A DNA stretch of 63,533 bases, filler included, from Stramenopiles sp. TOSAG23-3 (GCA_900128585.1; 13 parts of 13 records of this genome joined end to end with filler, not necessarily neighbours in it); one strand, 5' to 3'. Positions 40,517 to 50,999 are shown, numbered from the whole stretch's first letter. Made by a program: numbers and translations. Notes: generated by a model from the letters alone, not told the origin.

Positions 40517-41983
40517 ATGTCCACCCCAAGTGAGCTCTCGGTAGCAAAGATGGCGCTTTCTATGAAGGCACCGTGGTCGATAATGCCGAGGAAACGGTTG
40601 GACATTTCGTACACGGACTATTTGTATGGTATATACGCCTGTGCAAAACCAGAATCGTCGAGGAGGTCGATGGAGCGAGACATTGAGAAACGGTTTGAAG
40701 ATGGAAGGGGGAGCGACCGGGCTGGACGGAACGCTTTGGTCTGCCTTAGTGTGCGGACCGGGTTAGACCTTTTGCTCACTGCGATGCGTTTGCCGAAGGG
40801 ATCCGAAGTGATATGCTCAGCGGTCACGATCAAGGACATGATAAAGGTCGTTCAGTTGCACGGCCTTGTTCCAGTCGCTGTGGACTTGCACGCGGACACA
40901 CTGGAGCCACGCGTCGACCTGTTGAAGCAAGCAATTAATCCGGGAAAGACCAAGCTGATTGTGGTGGCACACATTTTTGGTGTAATTGCCCCGCTCGATG
41001 GCCTCTGCGACGTTGCGAACGAGCACGGCATACCGGTCGTAGAGGACTGCGCGGAAGCGTTTGTTGGCCCGTCGTACATGGGACACCCTGGGGCAACCGC
41101 CGTGACATTCAGTTTTGGAACCATCAAGACCACCACCGCCTTGGGGGGATCCGTGTGGATCGTTCGAAACGGCGAACTCTTGCAGGAAATGCGTCGATTG
41201 AACGGGCAGTTCACGCCCCGTTCCAACGTGTTTTTCCTGAAGCGGTTGATTAAGTACATGGGCGTGTCGGCCCTTATGGCACCGCACGTGTGGGGGGTGG
41301 CCGTCCGTGCTATCAACGGGGTGGGGCTTAGCTGGGAGGAGGTCATAACGTCCGTTTCCCGGGGATTCCCTGGGCCAGATCTGATCGGGCAGCTCCGCCA
41401 GCGTCCGTCCATCCCTTTGCTGGCCCTCATGGAGCATCGGTTTAAGCATTACAGCGGGGAGAGTGTGACGCGCCGGAAGCGGTTGAGCGAGCAGCTGGCC
41501 GCGCGATTGGAAGGCTGCGAAGGCATTACGGTCCCGGGGCTGAACGCAAAATTCCATTCGTACTGGCTGTTCCCTGTCATGGTGCACCCCCCGTTGGAAC
41601 CACGCCGCGTCTGCTCTACGATGCTCAAGTTAGGGTACGATGTGACCAGTGGGACGACGCAACTCGGGAGTGTGGACGATTACGTGTTTGACAAAACGGA
41701 CCGTTTCCTGTCGCTCGAACCGAAAACGGCAAGCTCTATGATGAAATCGATCATCTACTTGCCCGTCACCCAAGACATGCCGGAGGACACGATGCTAGCA
41801 ATGGCAGACATGTTCATCAAAGTAATCCGAAAGATGACGGGGAAAAGCGCCCGTGGCGGTGTTGGTAGTGCCCGGACGAAAAGCACGCGCACGGCCGAGA
41901 GCAGTGGTGGTGGTGGCAAAGACCTTGTCCTGAACGACGATGAGGACTATTTGATTCCCGTGACCCACGTCGCTAGAATGTAA
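40517..41983 (+). CDS. DegT/DnrJ/EryC1/StrS-family PLP-dependent aminotransferase
   Basis: SVRTGLDL, VVAHIFG, VVEDCAEAF, FSFGTIKTTTALGG (PLP lysine), YWLFPV. Confidence 0.9.
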   Translation: MSTPSELSVAKMALSMKAPWSIMPRKRLDISYTDYLYGIYACAKPESSRRSMERDIEKRFEDGRGSDRAGRNALVCLSVRTGLDLLLTAMRLPKGSEVICSAVTIKDMIKVVQLHGLVPVAVDLHADTLEPRVDLLKQAINPGKTKLIVVAHIFGVIAPLDGLCDVANEHGIPVVEDCAEAFVGPSYMGHPGATAVTFSFGTIKTTTALGGSVWIVRNGELLQEMRRLNGQFTPRSNVFFLKRLIKYMGVSALMAPHVWGVAVRAINGVGLSWEEVITSVSRGFPGPDLIGQLRQRPSIPLLALMEHRFKHYSGESVTRRKRLSEQLAARLEGCEGITVPGLNAKFHSYWLFPVMVHPPLEPRRVCSTMLKLGYDVTSGTTQLGSVDDYVFDKTDRFLSLEPKTASSMMKSIIYLPVTQDMPEDTMLAMADMFIKVIRKMTGKSARGGVGSARTKSTRTAESSGGGGKDLVLNDDEDYLIPVTHVARM

Positions 41984-42210
41984 AGGGAACGCGGCGTAGC
42001 CCTTTGGCGCGCGTATCGTGAAGATGTATGGAGGCTTGTTCACTAATTGTACCCTCCGTGCCTTGTGTAATGTATATATAATATGCTTTTTTAAGAATTT
42101 TCGTAATACCACACATGTTTTCCAGTACCTATGATAGAAATTGATTACAGGAGCAAAAAATAGTAAAAATTAAACCAAAATTATATTGTTGGACTCTTCT
42201 TTGTAATTAC

Positions 42211-42882
42211 TCACGCCTCCTGGCTGTCCTCTCCCGAAATGTAGATATTTTCCATCAACGTCGATCCGTACGCAGTCACGTACTCTTGCTGCCTCTTCTC
42301 CGATGCCGTCGAAAATGCGGTTTGAGCCGGCCGTGGGGTGTACACAGGCGTGCTAGTGACGGGGGATGGGGCGGCGACGGGGGGTGGAGCAGGGGTGGCG
42401 ACCGCCGCTGGTGCTGGTGGTGCTGCCGCGGCGGCTTCCTCCACTGGGGCACTATCGCTCGCAAACTCGTCAGCAGTTGCCCCGGCAAATGCTGCTACAT
42501 TCTCCTTCTCCTCTACGGTGATGGCGATGGCAATGCCAGTCGCCGCTGGTGCGTGGCCCGCCGGTACTAAATGCTTGGCCATAAAACCGTCCTCGGTTGC
42601 TTCGAAGTCTACCGCTGCCTTGTCCGTTTCAATTTGGCAAATGACGTCCCCTTCGGCGAACTCTTCCCCTTCTTGAACCGTCCAAGATTGAACGGTCCCC
42701 TCTTCCATGGTCGGCGACAGCTTTGGAAGACCTACTATTTGGTGCTCTGGGTACTCTGCCATACGCAACTGTGTCCCACGGGTGGAAAAAAACGCCGGAG
42801 TCGCCGTGCACCGTAGCACACCACCCTGGCGGGCGACGGTGCCTACCACACTCGTCGCGGTCTTACGAATCAAGGATAACAT
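42211..42882 (-). CDS. Mitochondrial lipoyl-domain protein (PDH E2/E3BP-like) lacking the catalytic domain, 223 aa
   Basis: LPKLSPTMEEG...QIETDKAAVDFE (lipoyl Lys), Ala/Pro linker, short C-terminus, Arg-rich presequence. Confidence 0.88.
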   Translation of the reverse strand: MLSLIRKTATSVVGTVARQGGVLRCTATPAFFSTRGTQLRMAEYPEHQIVGLPKLSPTMEEGTVQSWTVQEGEEFAEGDVICQIETDKAAVDFEATEDGFMAKHLVPAGHAPAATGIAIAITVEEKENVAAFAGATADEFASDSAPVEEAAAAAPPAPAAVATPAPPPVAAPSPVTSTPVYTPRPAQTAFSTASEKRQQEYVTAYGSTLMENIYISGEDSQEA

Positions 42883-44163
42883 GAAGAAGGAAGAAAAAAA
42901 AAGTATCGTTCTAAGATAAGTCAAACAATTATCTGTTCGATTTATAAGAAATGACTAAATAGAGTGATTTAAATGAAACCTATTCATAGTTTCACTAGTT
43001 TCTTTAATTCAAAACTCTCTCATATTCAATTCTGGAATATCTATGTATAAAATCTGGAATAGAANNNNNNNNNNNNNNNNNNNNNNNNNNNNNNNNNNNN
43101 NNNNNNNNNNNNNNNNNNNNNNNNNNNNNNNNNNNNNNNNNNNNNNNNNNNNNNNNNNNNNNNNNNNNNNNNNNNNNNNNNNNNNNNNNNNNNNNNNNNN
43201 NNNNNNNNNNNNNNNNNNNNNNNNNGATCGATCGATGACGATGCAACTCAATTTAAGATGACGTCAAATTAAGGAATAAAAAGTATTTAAATATATTAAA
43301 TGTACTTATTTGTTCATAGTGTTGTGTTGTTCTATTCCTATGAAAACAAGGATAGAGAAACCATGAATTACAAATTAATTGAAGGAAAAAAAGGGGGGAG
43401 GCTTTGTTGGATTGAAGCGGTTCGATTCTCAATTGAATGAATAAGGATGAGTTCATTTCATATCTGAAGAGGAATTATGTATAGAATCAAGATAGGTAAA
43501 GAATATTCTGGATTTTCTTTTCGTATTGGGTTTATATTCCTTAGTTTTAATAGCCAAACAAACGATTTCGTTTGCCTTCTTTCGGGTGGATTTAGGTGAA
43601 TTTAGTAAAGCGGCGTATGGTATTTTCATGGTAAATAATGAATAGGTATTTAACACCGTCTTATTATGGAAGAAAATGAAAGAAATGAAAAATAGAAACA
43701 AAACAAAGAAGAAGAAGAAGAAGAAAGGAAGGAAGGAAGGAAACGATTTTAGATTGTGGTTTTTGGTTCGTTCGTTATAGATTAGTATGTTTTTCTTTGT
43801 TTATGAAGAATTAATAGAGACGTGTTGAAAGGCTTTACTTGTTTTAGGATACGTAGCAAGAAGTTGAAAGTTGCGATTGTAATTCGTTTAGGCAATTTTG
43901 TACTTAAGACTGTTCGTACGATGGCGTCTAGGGTAGTGTTTGGTATTGTTTGTCTGTTCGTCTTGTGTGGAAATGTACTTGGGGAAGGAGAAAGGAGGCT
44001 GTTTACGGGCCGGNNNNNNNNNNNNNNNNNNNNNNNNNNNNNNNNNNNNNNNNNNNNTTAATTAATTAANNNNNNNNNNNNNNNNNNNNNNNNNNNNNNN
44101 NNNNNNNNNNNNNACGCCACAAAGACAAAACAAAAACCTCAACCCCCAAGCCGTAAACGAAAA

Positions 44164-44898
44164 ATGAAACCAACTTTACTTTTATTATCGCTCGTTGCGA
44201 TAGCTTTGATTTCGGGCATCGAAGCCTTCGGTGGGTCCAGATGTATATGCCCAGCGGTGGTAAAGAGATATTGTCGCCGCGGAGAAGAGCCAAAAAACTG
44301 CGGATGCTGCGGATGCTCATGCCGAAAGATCCGAGCCTTTCTTGGCGACGAGTTGGACGACGAGCTCGTTGGTGCCGGAAGTTTTTTTGTGGATCGTAAC
44401 CCTGAGAACAAAAGTCCGTCTGAAGAACGCTGGAGAAAGAACTTAAAAAAGGCGAAAAAAGCTTATAAGGAAGGAAAGAAGCTACCGAGCAAATGTTTTG
44501 TTGTTGCAGGAAGAGTTGGTTGTGGTTCTAGCGCTGCACATGGCCTGGGCGATGAAATGGACGACGAAGAAGTCGGTGGCTTTAGCGTCGAAGCTGGGTA
44601 CGAGAAAGACGGGAAATATGCCAAAATCAAGTACGAAATGGACGATGAAATGGAAGGCGACGAGTTGGACAACGAAGACGAGACCGCCCTGGCAAATCAA
44701 CAAGCCTGGAAGCAGGCAGAGCAACAAGCCTGGCAGCTAAAGCTACTAGCCCGTCGTGATCGTTGGCGAAAGTGGAGGTTGGCCCAATTGCAAGCCCGGA
44801 AGCCAATTCGCGAAGCTTCCCCTAACCGCCGCCTAATAGTGTATGGAAGCCGTAAGAAACGACGACGACGACGCCGTAAGAAACGACGACGTCTTTGA
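44164..44898 (+). CDS. Secreted multi-core precursor-like protein (signal peptide, acidic spacers, basic/Cys-rich cores)
   Basis: MKPTLLLLSLVAIALISGIEA signal and repeated GDE(L/M)D(D/N)E spacers. Confidence 0.7.
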   Translation: MKPTLLLLSLVAIALISGIEAFGGSRCICPAVVKRYCRRGEEPKNCGCCGCSCRKIRAFLGDELDDELVGAGSFFVDRNPENKSPSEERWRKNLKKAKKAYKEGKKLPSKCFVVAGRVGCGSSAAHGLGDEMDDEEVGGFSVEAGYEKDGKYAKIKYEMDDEMEGDELDNEDETALANQQAWKQAEQQAWQLKLLARRDRWRKWRLAQLQARKPIREASPNRRLIVYGSRKKRRRRRRKKRRRL

Positions 44899-45489
44899 GG
44901 TCAACTCTGACGAAGAGGAGAGCTCGTCCGAGGACGATTGGGACGAGGAGGATACGGCGGAAGAAGAAGAAGAATGCCCACCACAGATGAGGAGGCTGCT
45001 ATTTAGTGCCGTCTTAACATCGTATATATTCTAACATACGCCGTATAGATATGTGCGGGAAAATTATTAATTGTATCACGCTAGGGATCGCGACCACGTA
45101 ACATACGTTTTTTTTATTCATTCCATTTCTAATTCGAGGATGGAGCCAATCGAAATAAATTACGTCGATCATGTTTGTGTTTATATGTGAGTTTAAAAAA
45201 CTGTCATAATGCATAGACCCTGTACCCACCAGTTGTTCATTTTGGATTGTTGCCACGCCGGAGGGTTGTTCGCAGGCACGCGAGGTGCCCCCTATTTTCA
45301 AGTATTCCCTTGTAGATACTTCTATAATATTATAATTTTATAACTACAAAAAAACATAGCAAATTCGTTAGAATGTATTCTTATTATATAATCTCGGATC
45401 TCGGTATCAAACAACAGGTACATTTTTTTAGTATATTTTTAAACATTGAATCTACTACTTACAACCTTCTTCTTTATTTCGAGTCAATC

Positions 45490-45593
45490 AAATTAGAGAA
45501 TGATCCAAGTTTACTGTCTGTTTGTCTGTCTTCTATCTGTATAAAAAATTAGAGAATGATCCAAGTTTACTGTCTGTTTGTCTATCTGTATAA
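45490..45593 (+). repeat. Tandem duplication of a ~50-56-bp unit
   Basis: AAATTAGAGAATGATCCAAGTTTACTGTCTGTTTGTCT...ATCTGTATAA appears twice. Confidence 0.9.
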
Positions 45594-45714
45594 GAACATT
45601 TTGTAAAAAAAAGTACAGATTTATGCCATTCCATTCAAAATGCTAACCAATGAATCAATCGGATAGGAACACACGAACAAGTAAGAAAGGAAGGAAGGAA
45701 ACCGAACGTAAAGG

Positions 45715-47667
45715 ATGAACCGATTTACGGCATTGTGTTTCATATCGGGCTGCTTGTTCGGTCTGGCAACGGGGAGGACGGTCACCGTCAATGGAGAATC
45801 TATAGACACCGTGGTTGGGAGGGGCAGCACTGCCATTCCCATGGTACCCGAGCTGGACGCCCTTTACACTTGCAAACGGCTAAACATAGAGCCGTTTGAC
45901 AACTGCGTTGAGAAACTAACACATGGACATCTGCACGAAGATGGTTCCGTAAAGTGTTGCGACAAATACAGTGCCTGGTTGGAAGCGCTCCAAATAGAAA
46001 CGGCCAATCGCCACTTTAGAGCATTTACACAATTAGGGCATCGCTTCAACCATAGTACCAATCGCACGCTGTACGACACGGTGCTGAAAGATTTGGACCT
46101 CCGTGGAGGGCTGATGACTCCGCGCGGGCTGTGGCACCCTTTAAACTTTAATTTTCCATTCAATCCATCGGGAGAAAACGAGCGCAAGATGAAACTAAAG
46201 TACATGTCACAAGAGGAACTGGACGTCCTGTTCGAGAAAAAATACCGCAATATGACGAAGATGTTTGGGGGGTGGACTGGTATGGCATACGATGACGACG
46301 TCCTTACAGGGACCCTGTTGCAGTTCCGGCGGGTGCTCCGCCACCTTGACGTTTTCTCCATGCTTCCTGTAGAGGCGTACTCGACAGAGAAAGCGTTCGC
46401 AGACTACGTGGTAAAGAACCAGCTTTTGCAGTGCGACCTTGACACTGTCTTGGACGTGAACTTAATACTGAGCCACGCATCGCAACGATTGCCCGTTACG
46501 GGACAATCCTCCCCCGTGCGTGTTCTCGAGATTGGGGGAGGGTTCGGGAGAATTCCCGAAGCACTATTCTCCATGGCGAACCCGGCCAAAGTGGCGTACT
46601 TGCTGGTCGACGCTGCGCCGATAACAATGGTCCTTCAATACCAGTACTTATCGAGCGCGTTTCCAGGGCTACGCGTGGGAATTTACTGCGATGAGAAAGA
46701 CATGGAAGCGTACAACCGCCAAGGCCTGGGCGCGTTTGACATTTTCATCCTGGCGGCATGGGAATTTTCCTCCGAGGTGGAATTGTCGCGGCTGGACGCG
46801 CACTTTGACATCAGCATCAACGTCCAAAGCATGCAAGAAATGAGCCAGTGGCACGTAGATTACTATATCAACGCCTTTAACCGGGTGACCCGGCCCGGTG
46901 GAATTGTCTATAATTCCAACTCTCGACGGTGGATGTTTCGGGGTCGATGGGAATGGCCGAACCGGTGGGGACCACCCATTTACAACCAGTCGATCCCCGG
47001 AAGAAGTTGGACGGATAGTTTTTGGACGCTGGTATTCAGGATTCCACCGGAAACGCCGTACTACACCCGAGCCTCCTACACTTCTAGGAATTGGACAAAA
47101 CATGAAGAGCTCGTGTTTGCGCTGCCGAAAGAGCCCGGTAGCGTCGGGCTGAACCCATTCGCCGCTCTCCATGATGGCGGTGGGGTCGGTGCGATTGCGG
47201 TTGCGGCCGCAGATTGGTGGTGGACGGTAGGATTCACTATGGACAATGTTCTCCTGGAAATTCTGATCCCCCCGACGGTGGTGGACCTTGAAACCGCCGC
47301 AATGAGCATGTGCGTGCGACTGGTGGTGAGAGGGTCGACGGAACAGCAGCAGCAGCTGTGCTCTGCCCAGGTGATGACGGAACTGAAGCGACTGGCAGAG
47401 CACAAGGACCACGAGTTCAACCACAAGCTAGGTTTGCATCCCTCTTCGCGTTCGTTTTCCAGTGCAGACAGGAGGAACCCGAAAGCATCGGGCACGCAGG
47501 CGTGCACTGAGCAAAGCCTGGCCCATGCAGTTTGGCGAACGAAGACATCATCTCGTGCCTTGACCTCCAACTGCCTAGGGCAATGGAGCATTCACAGCTC
47601 GGTAGATGTTCCACAGGAAGCGGGGGACGCCGTTTTGTGCGTCTACCGTTGCGATGAAAGCCATTAA
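45715..47667 (+). CDS. Secreted putative sugar O-methyltransferase (TIGR04371-like class I SAM fold)
   Basis: Signal peptide, VLEIGGGFGR, YLLVD...LQYQYL..AFP, FDISINVQSMQEMS...VDYY. Confidence 0.75.
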   Translation: MNRFTALCFISGCLFGLATGRTVTVNGESIDTVVGRGSTAIPMVPELDALYTCKRLNIEPFDNCVEKLTHGHLHEDGSVKCCDKYSAWLEALQIETANRHFRAFTQLGHRFNHSTNRTLYDTVLKDLDLRGGLMTPRGLWHPLNFNFPFNPSGENERKMKLKYMSQEELDVLFEKKYRNMTKMFGGWTGMAYDDDVLTGTLLQFRRVLRHLDVFSMLPVEAYSTEKAFADYVVKNQLLQCDLDTVLDVNLILSHASQRLPVTGQSSPVRVLEIGGGFGRIPEALFSMANPAKVAYLLVDAAPITMVLQYQYLSSAFPGLRVGIYCDEKDMEAYNRQGLGAFDIFILAAWEFSSEVELSRLDAHFDISINVQSMQEMSQWHVDYYINAFNRVTRPGGIVYNSNSRRWMFRGRWEWPNRWGPPIYNQSIPGRSWTDSFWTLVFRIPPETPYYTRASYTSRNWTKHEELVFALPKEPGSVGLNPFAALHDGGGVGAIAVAAADWWWTVGFTMDNVLLEILIPPTVVDLETAAMSMCVRLVVRGSTEQQQQLCSAQVMTELKRLAEHKDHEFNHKLGLHPSSRSFSSADRRNPKASGTQACTEQSLAHAVWRTKTSSRALTSNCLGQWSIHSSVDVPQEAGDAVLCVYRCDESH

Positions 47668-47990
47668 AATTTCTGAAACATTTTGAGTTCCAATTTTTGA
47701 GGAAGGATTGGAGACATTTCCTAAGAATACTCGCTATTTAAATCAGCCAGCCTTTAAACTGCTAATATTTTATCATAGCTACCAGACGAGATGGTACGAA
47801 GTTTTGAAGATTATGATTGGNNNNNNNNNNNNNNNNNNNNNNNNNNNNNNNNNNNNNNNNNNNNNNNNNNNNNNNNNNNNNNNNNNNNNNNNNNNNNNNN
47901 NNNNNNAGTCTTAAAACATCATTAATAGTTTTTTTTTATCATAGCTGTATCATATGATGATATAAATAATATTTTCAGATTTTCATTACT

Positions 47991-48692
47991 TTATAAGTTT
48001 ATCTCCGACACTGGGACAGGCTGAAAAGAGCATTTTGATTCGTCGTCTACGAGCATTGGGGAGTACTGAACGCCTGGGCGTTGCAGACTAGGATTCTCTG
48101 GGCAGACACGGTCCGATCCCAGGAGGCGCCCGTTCGATATTGGCCGCACCGTTCTGTAAACGTCCCAGCCTCCCGAGCCCCCACAATCTATAAAAGGTCG
48201 AACATCTAAATCGTAGTGACGGAGCGAAGCTCCCTTTATTACCTGGAAAAGTGCTACCCAGGGCGACGTCGGCGCGCTGGCTTTGTCCGCAGTCCCCCCG
48301 CCTGGCCCATCTGTGATAAGCCGTCCATCTGACGAGTAGCAGCATTGTTGGCTATGGGCCTTGTATTTTCGCCGAAAGCAATTATTCGCCCCCGGGTGGT
48401 ACGCTTCTAACCTCCAAAAGTAAGACATTTCACGTAGAAGGTTCTTTTCCGACTGCCACAAGGAGTCGTTCTCAGCAACACTATCTATGCAAGGACATGG
48501 TGCGTCTGACTCCAGTGCATCAACCCAGGACAAATCTGTGCTCGCCCGTTCGTATTCAATCCAACGCTCGCAACAGTTTACAACCCTCCCCTCCCCCAAC
48601 GTTCCTTCGCCTTGGTTGGACGCACGACACAACCCATTCTTCAACAACTGGACAAAACATACCATCACAAACACTCGCCCAAGAATTCCCAT
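47991..48692 (-). CDS. Secreted stand-alone AMOP-domain (isthmin-like) protein
   Basis: CPC...YHPGANNCFR...QQCCYSSDGRLITDGPGGGTAD...HYDLDVRPF.DC...Y..VRP.SNG...CPENP. First ATG at 48692 with a hydrophobic signal. Confidence 0.85.
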   Translation of the reverse strand: MGILGRVFVMVCFVQLLKNGLCRASNQGEGTLGEGRVVNCCERWIEYERASTDLSWVDALESDAPCPCIDSVAENDSLWQSEKNLLREMSYFWRLEAYHPGANNCFRRKYKAHSQQCCYSSDGRLITDGPGGGTADKASAPTSPWVALFQVIKGASLRHYDLDVRPFIDCGGSGGWDVYRTVRPISNGRLLGSDRVCPENPSLQRPGVQYSPMLVDDESKCSFQPVPVSEINL

Positions 48693-48999
48693 CCTTTTCA
48701 ACTGCGGTGAACCGTTCAAATTCTATATACCGGCGTTGTTCAGTAAAAAGCATTGCAAGAAAAGAAGAAGAGACTTGACCTTTTATATTTTTCAAACCTA
48801 AACACCTTGAGTATTACTCCAAAACATTCAACAAAAACAACAAAAAAGCAAGAAGAAGAAGGGACAAAGCCAAAAAAAAAAGCATTCTTCTTCTTCATCN
48901 NNNNNNNNNNNNNNNNNNNNNNNNNNNNNNNNNNNNNNNNNNNTTAATTAATTAANNNNNNNNNNNNNNNNNNNNNNNNNNNNNNNNNNNNNNNNNNNN

Positions 49000-49001
49000 T
49001 T

Positions 49002-49069
<68 letters not shown>

Positions 49070-49070
49070 T
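49000..49070 (+). repeat. (TTTC)n microsatellite; a (CTT)n tract also lies at ~49509-49563
   Basis: Directly visible. Confidence 0.9.
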
Positions 49071-49809
49071 TGACTCTTCTCTTCTCTTCGCTTGTATTGC
49101 ATTGGTTTTCTGTTTGTCTTCTTTGGTGTCCTTCCTATCAATGGGGTGGTTTTAAGTACATGTTTTTTTTCGATTTTGGTATAGTAAAATCAACAGGGAT
49201 ACAAAAGGGGCATCCTCGAACTGCGTCGGACGGTATAGTACACTACACAGCAGGGACTTAATTCCCCACCAGTCAATTTTTTCATGTCAAAAAGTATATA
49301 AACCCTGTTTGTATTGTTAAATTAACAAAAGTATCTTTAATAAACATAATGATAGGTAAATATACCAAAATATGTAATATACTGTTTCTATATTATTTTA
49401 CATTCTTTCATGATTACATAGGTATATATTCTTAATATTTTCTACAAGTACAATGAAGTACTTTTTTCTTTTTCTCTCTATCCATTCATTTTAGCTTTGC
49501 CTTCTTTTCTTCTTCTTCTTCTTCTTCTTCTTCTTCTTCTTCTTCTTCTTCTTCTTCTTCTTCTCTTCTTCTCATTTCTTTCTTTCTTTCTTCTTCTCTT
49601 CTTTCATTTTAATTATTTATCAAAAGGAAAGAATAGATAGTAGATGACAGATAGTACATTTGCAATCTATCCTTTACTACCAATCTATCCATCTACTTTC
49701 AACACAACGGTTGAGAAAGAAAAGATTCTTACAGTTGGAGGACAGAAAACGTATTTAGATATATAATCCATTTATATTTTTAAACAACACCAATACACAA
49801 ATATTCAAC

Positions 49810-50583
49810 ATGCCAAAACGTTCCTCCAAGAAGAAGACCAGCACGAAAAAGTCGGTGCCCAAGGAAGACCCCCTTTACGCCAAGAATGCCCGTTCGTTCC
49901 GTATCGGTGGGGATGTCCCAAACCACAAGCGTGACCTGTCCCGCTTCGTTAAATGGCCAAAGTACATCCGCCTTCAGCGCCAAAAGAAGGTATTGATGGA
50001 CCGTCTTAAGACCCCACCATCCTTGAACCAGTTCAACGACGCTTTGGACAAGAACCAAGCCACCGAACTCTTCAAGCTTTTGAACAAGTACCGCCCAGAG
50101 ACCAAGAAAGAGAAGAAGGAACGCCTCAAGAAGCAAGCCGCCGCCGAGGCCGGCAAGGCCGGTGCCGGTGTCAGCGCCAAGCCGCCACCAACCCTTAAGT
50201 TCGGTTTGAACCACATCACCCATCTCATCGAGAAGAAGAAGGCCAAGTTGGTGTGCATCGCCAGCGACGTTCAGCCAATCGAACTTGTAGTATGGCTTCC
50301 AGCCCTGTGCAAGTCCATGGGCGTCCCCTACTGCATCGTTAAGAACAAGTCCCGATTGGGATCCTTGGTCAACCAGAAGAACGCCACCGCCGTTGCCCTG
50401 ACCGCCGTTAACGGTGGCGACAACGGTGCCCTTGACACCATGACCTCCCTGTGCAAAGCCAAGTACAACGATGGCCCAGAACCGAAATGGGGCGACCGCA
50501 CCCTGGGCTTGAAGACCCAGCGTGCCGTTGCCAAGCGTGAGGCCGAGTTAGCCGCCGAAGCCGCCAAACGTGCCAAGTACTAA
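49810..50583 (+). CDS. RPL7A: 60S ribosomal protein L7a (eL8), intronless
   Basis: RDLSRFVKWPKYIRLQRQK...PPSLNQF, GLNHITHLIEKKKAKLV.IA.DV.PIELVVWLPALC. Strong codon bias. Confidence 0.98.
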   Translation: MPKRSSKKKTSTKKSVPKEDPLYAKNARSFRIGGDVPNHKRDLSRFVKWPKYIRLQRQKKVLMDRLKTPPSLNQFNDALDKNQATELFKLLNKYRPETKKEKKERLKKQAAAEAGKAGAGVSAKPPPTLKFGLNHITHLIEKKKAKLVCIASDVQPIELVVWLPALCKSMGVPYCIVKNKSRLGSLVNQKNATAVALTAVNGGDNGALDTMTSLCKAKYNDGPEPKWGDRTLGLKTQRAVAKREAELAAEAAKRAKY

Positions 50584-50695
50584 AGTGATAGTCCAGCTTA
50601 GGTATGTAACGTGTACTTTATAAAAGCTTTTAGTTTGTAGAAATTTAACAATCATAAACACATACGGGTACGTAAGAATAGCAATTCCTGCGCGC

Positions 50696-50828
50696 GTCGC
50701 GTACCTTTCCGTGTCTCCCGAGACACACGTTGCAGCGCAGGCGACGTGGTAACGTGACAAAAGCAAGACCCCCTCGGCTCCTCACACCCTATGGTGTGGC
50801 CCTGTTAATAAGCCATTCCTTGACACTG
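50696..50828 (+). ncRNA. Candidate structured ncRNA, H/ACA-like (hairpin-H-hairpin-ACA)
   Basis: GC-rich island in an AT-rich spacer. Stems were found by eye; ANANNA at 50760-50765 and ACA at 50823-50825. Confidence 0.35.
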
Positions 50829-50999
50829 TAAAATTATTGAAAAAGTGGTGAGATTAATGGAAAACGTGTACGTACGTACTCACTCTTCGCATTAATAACG
50901 CGCTTACTTCGTATTAACATAATTTAACGCGCACTCTTTAGTGTTGTGTTTCTTTTCCCCCTTCTTTTACCAACGCCCAACTCTCAACTCTCTCTCTTC

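Noticed and set aside
36940-47667. Biosynthetic cluster of methyltransferases, DegT aminotransferase and precursor peptide
   Set aside because: The genes lie on three unlinked contigs; only the precursor and the sugar methyltransferase share one, with no evidence of functional linkage.
50810-50825. snR30/U17 assignment from AAGCCAT just before ACA
   Set aside because: Only an imperfect m2-like match and no m1 motif; kept as a generic H/ACA candidate.
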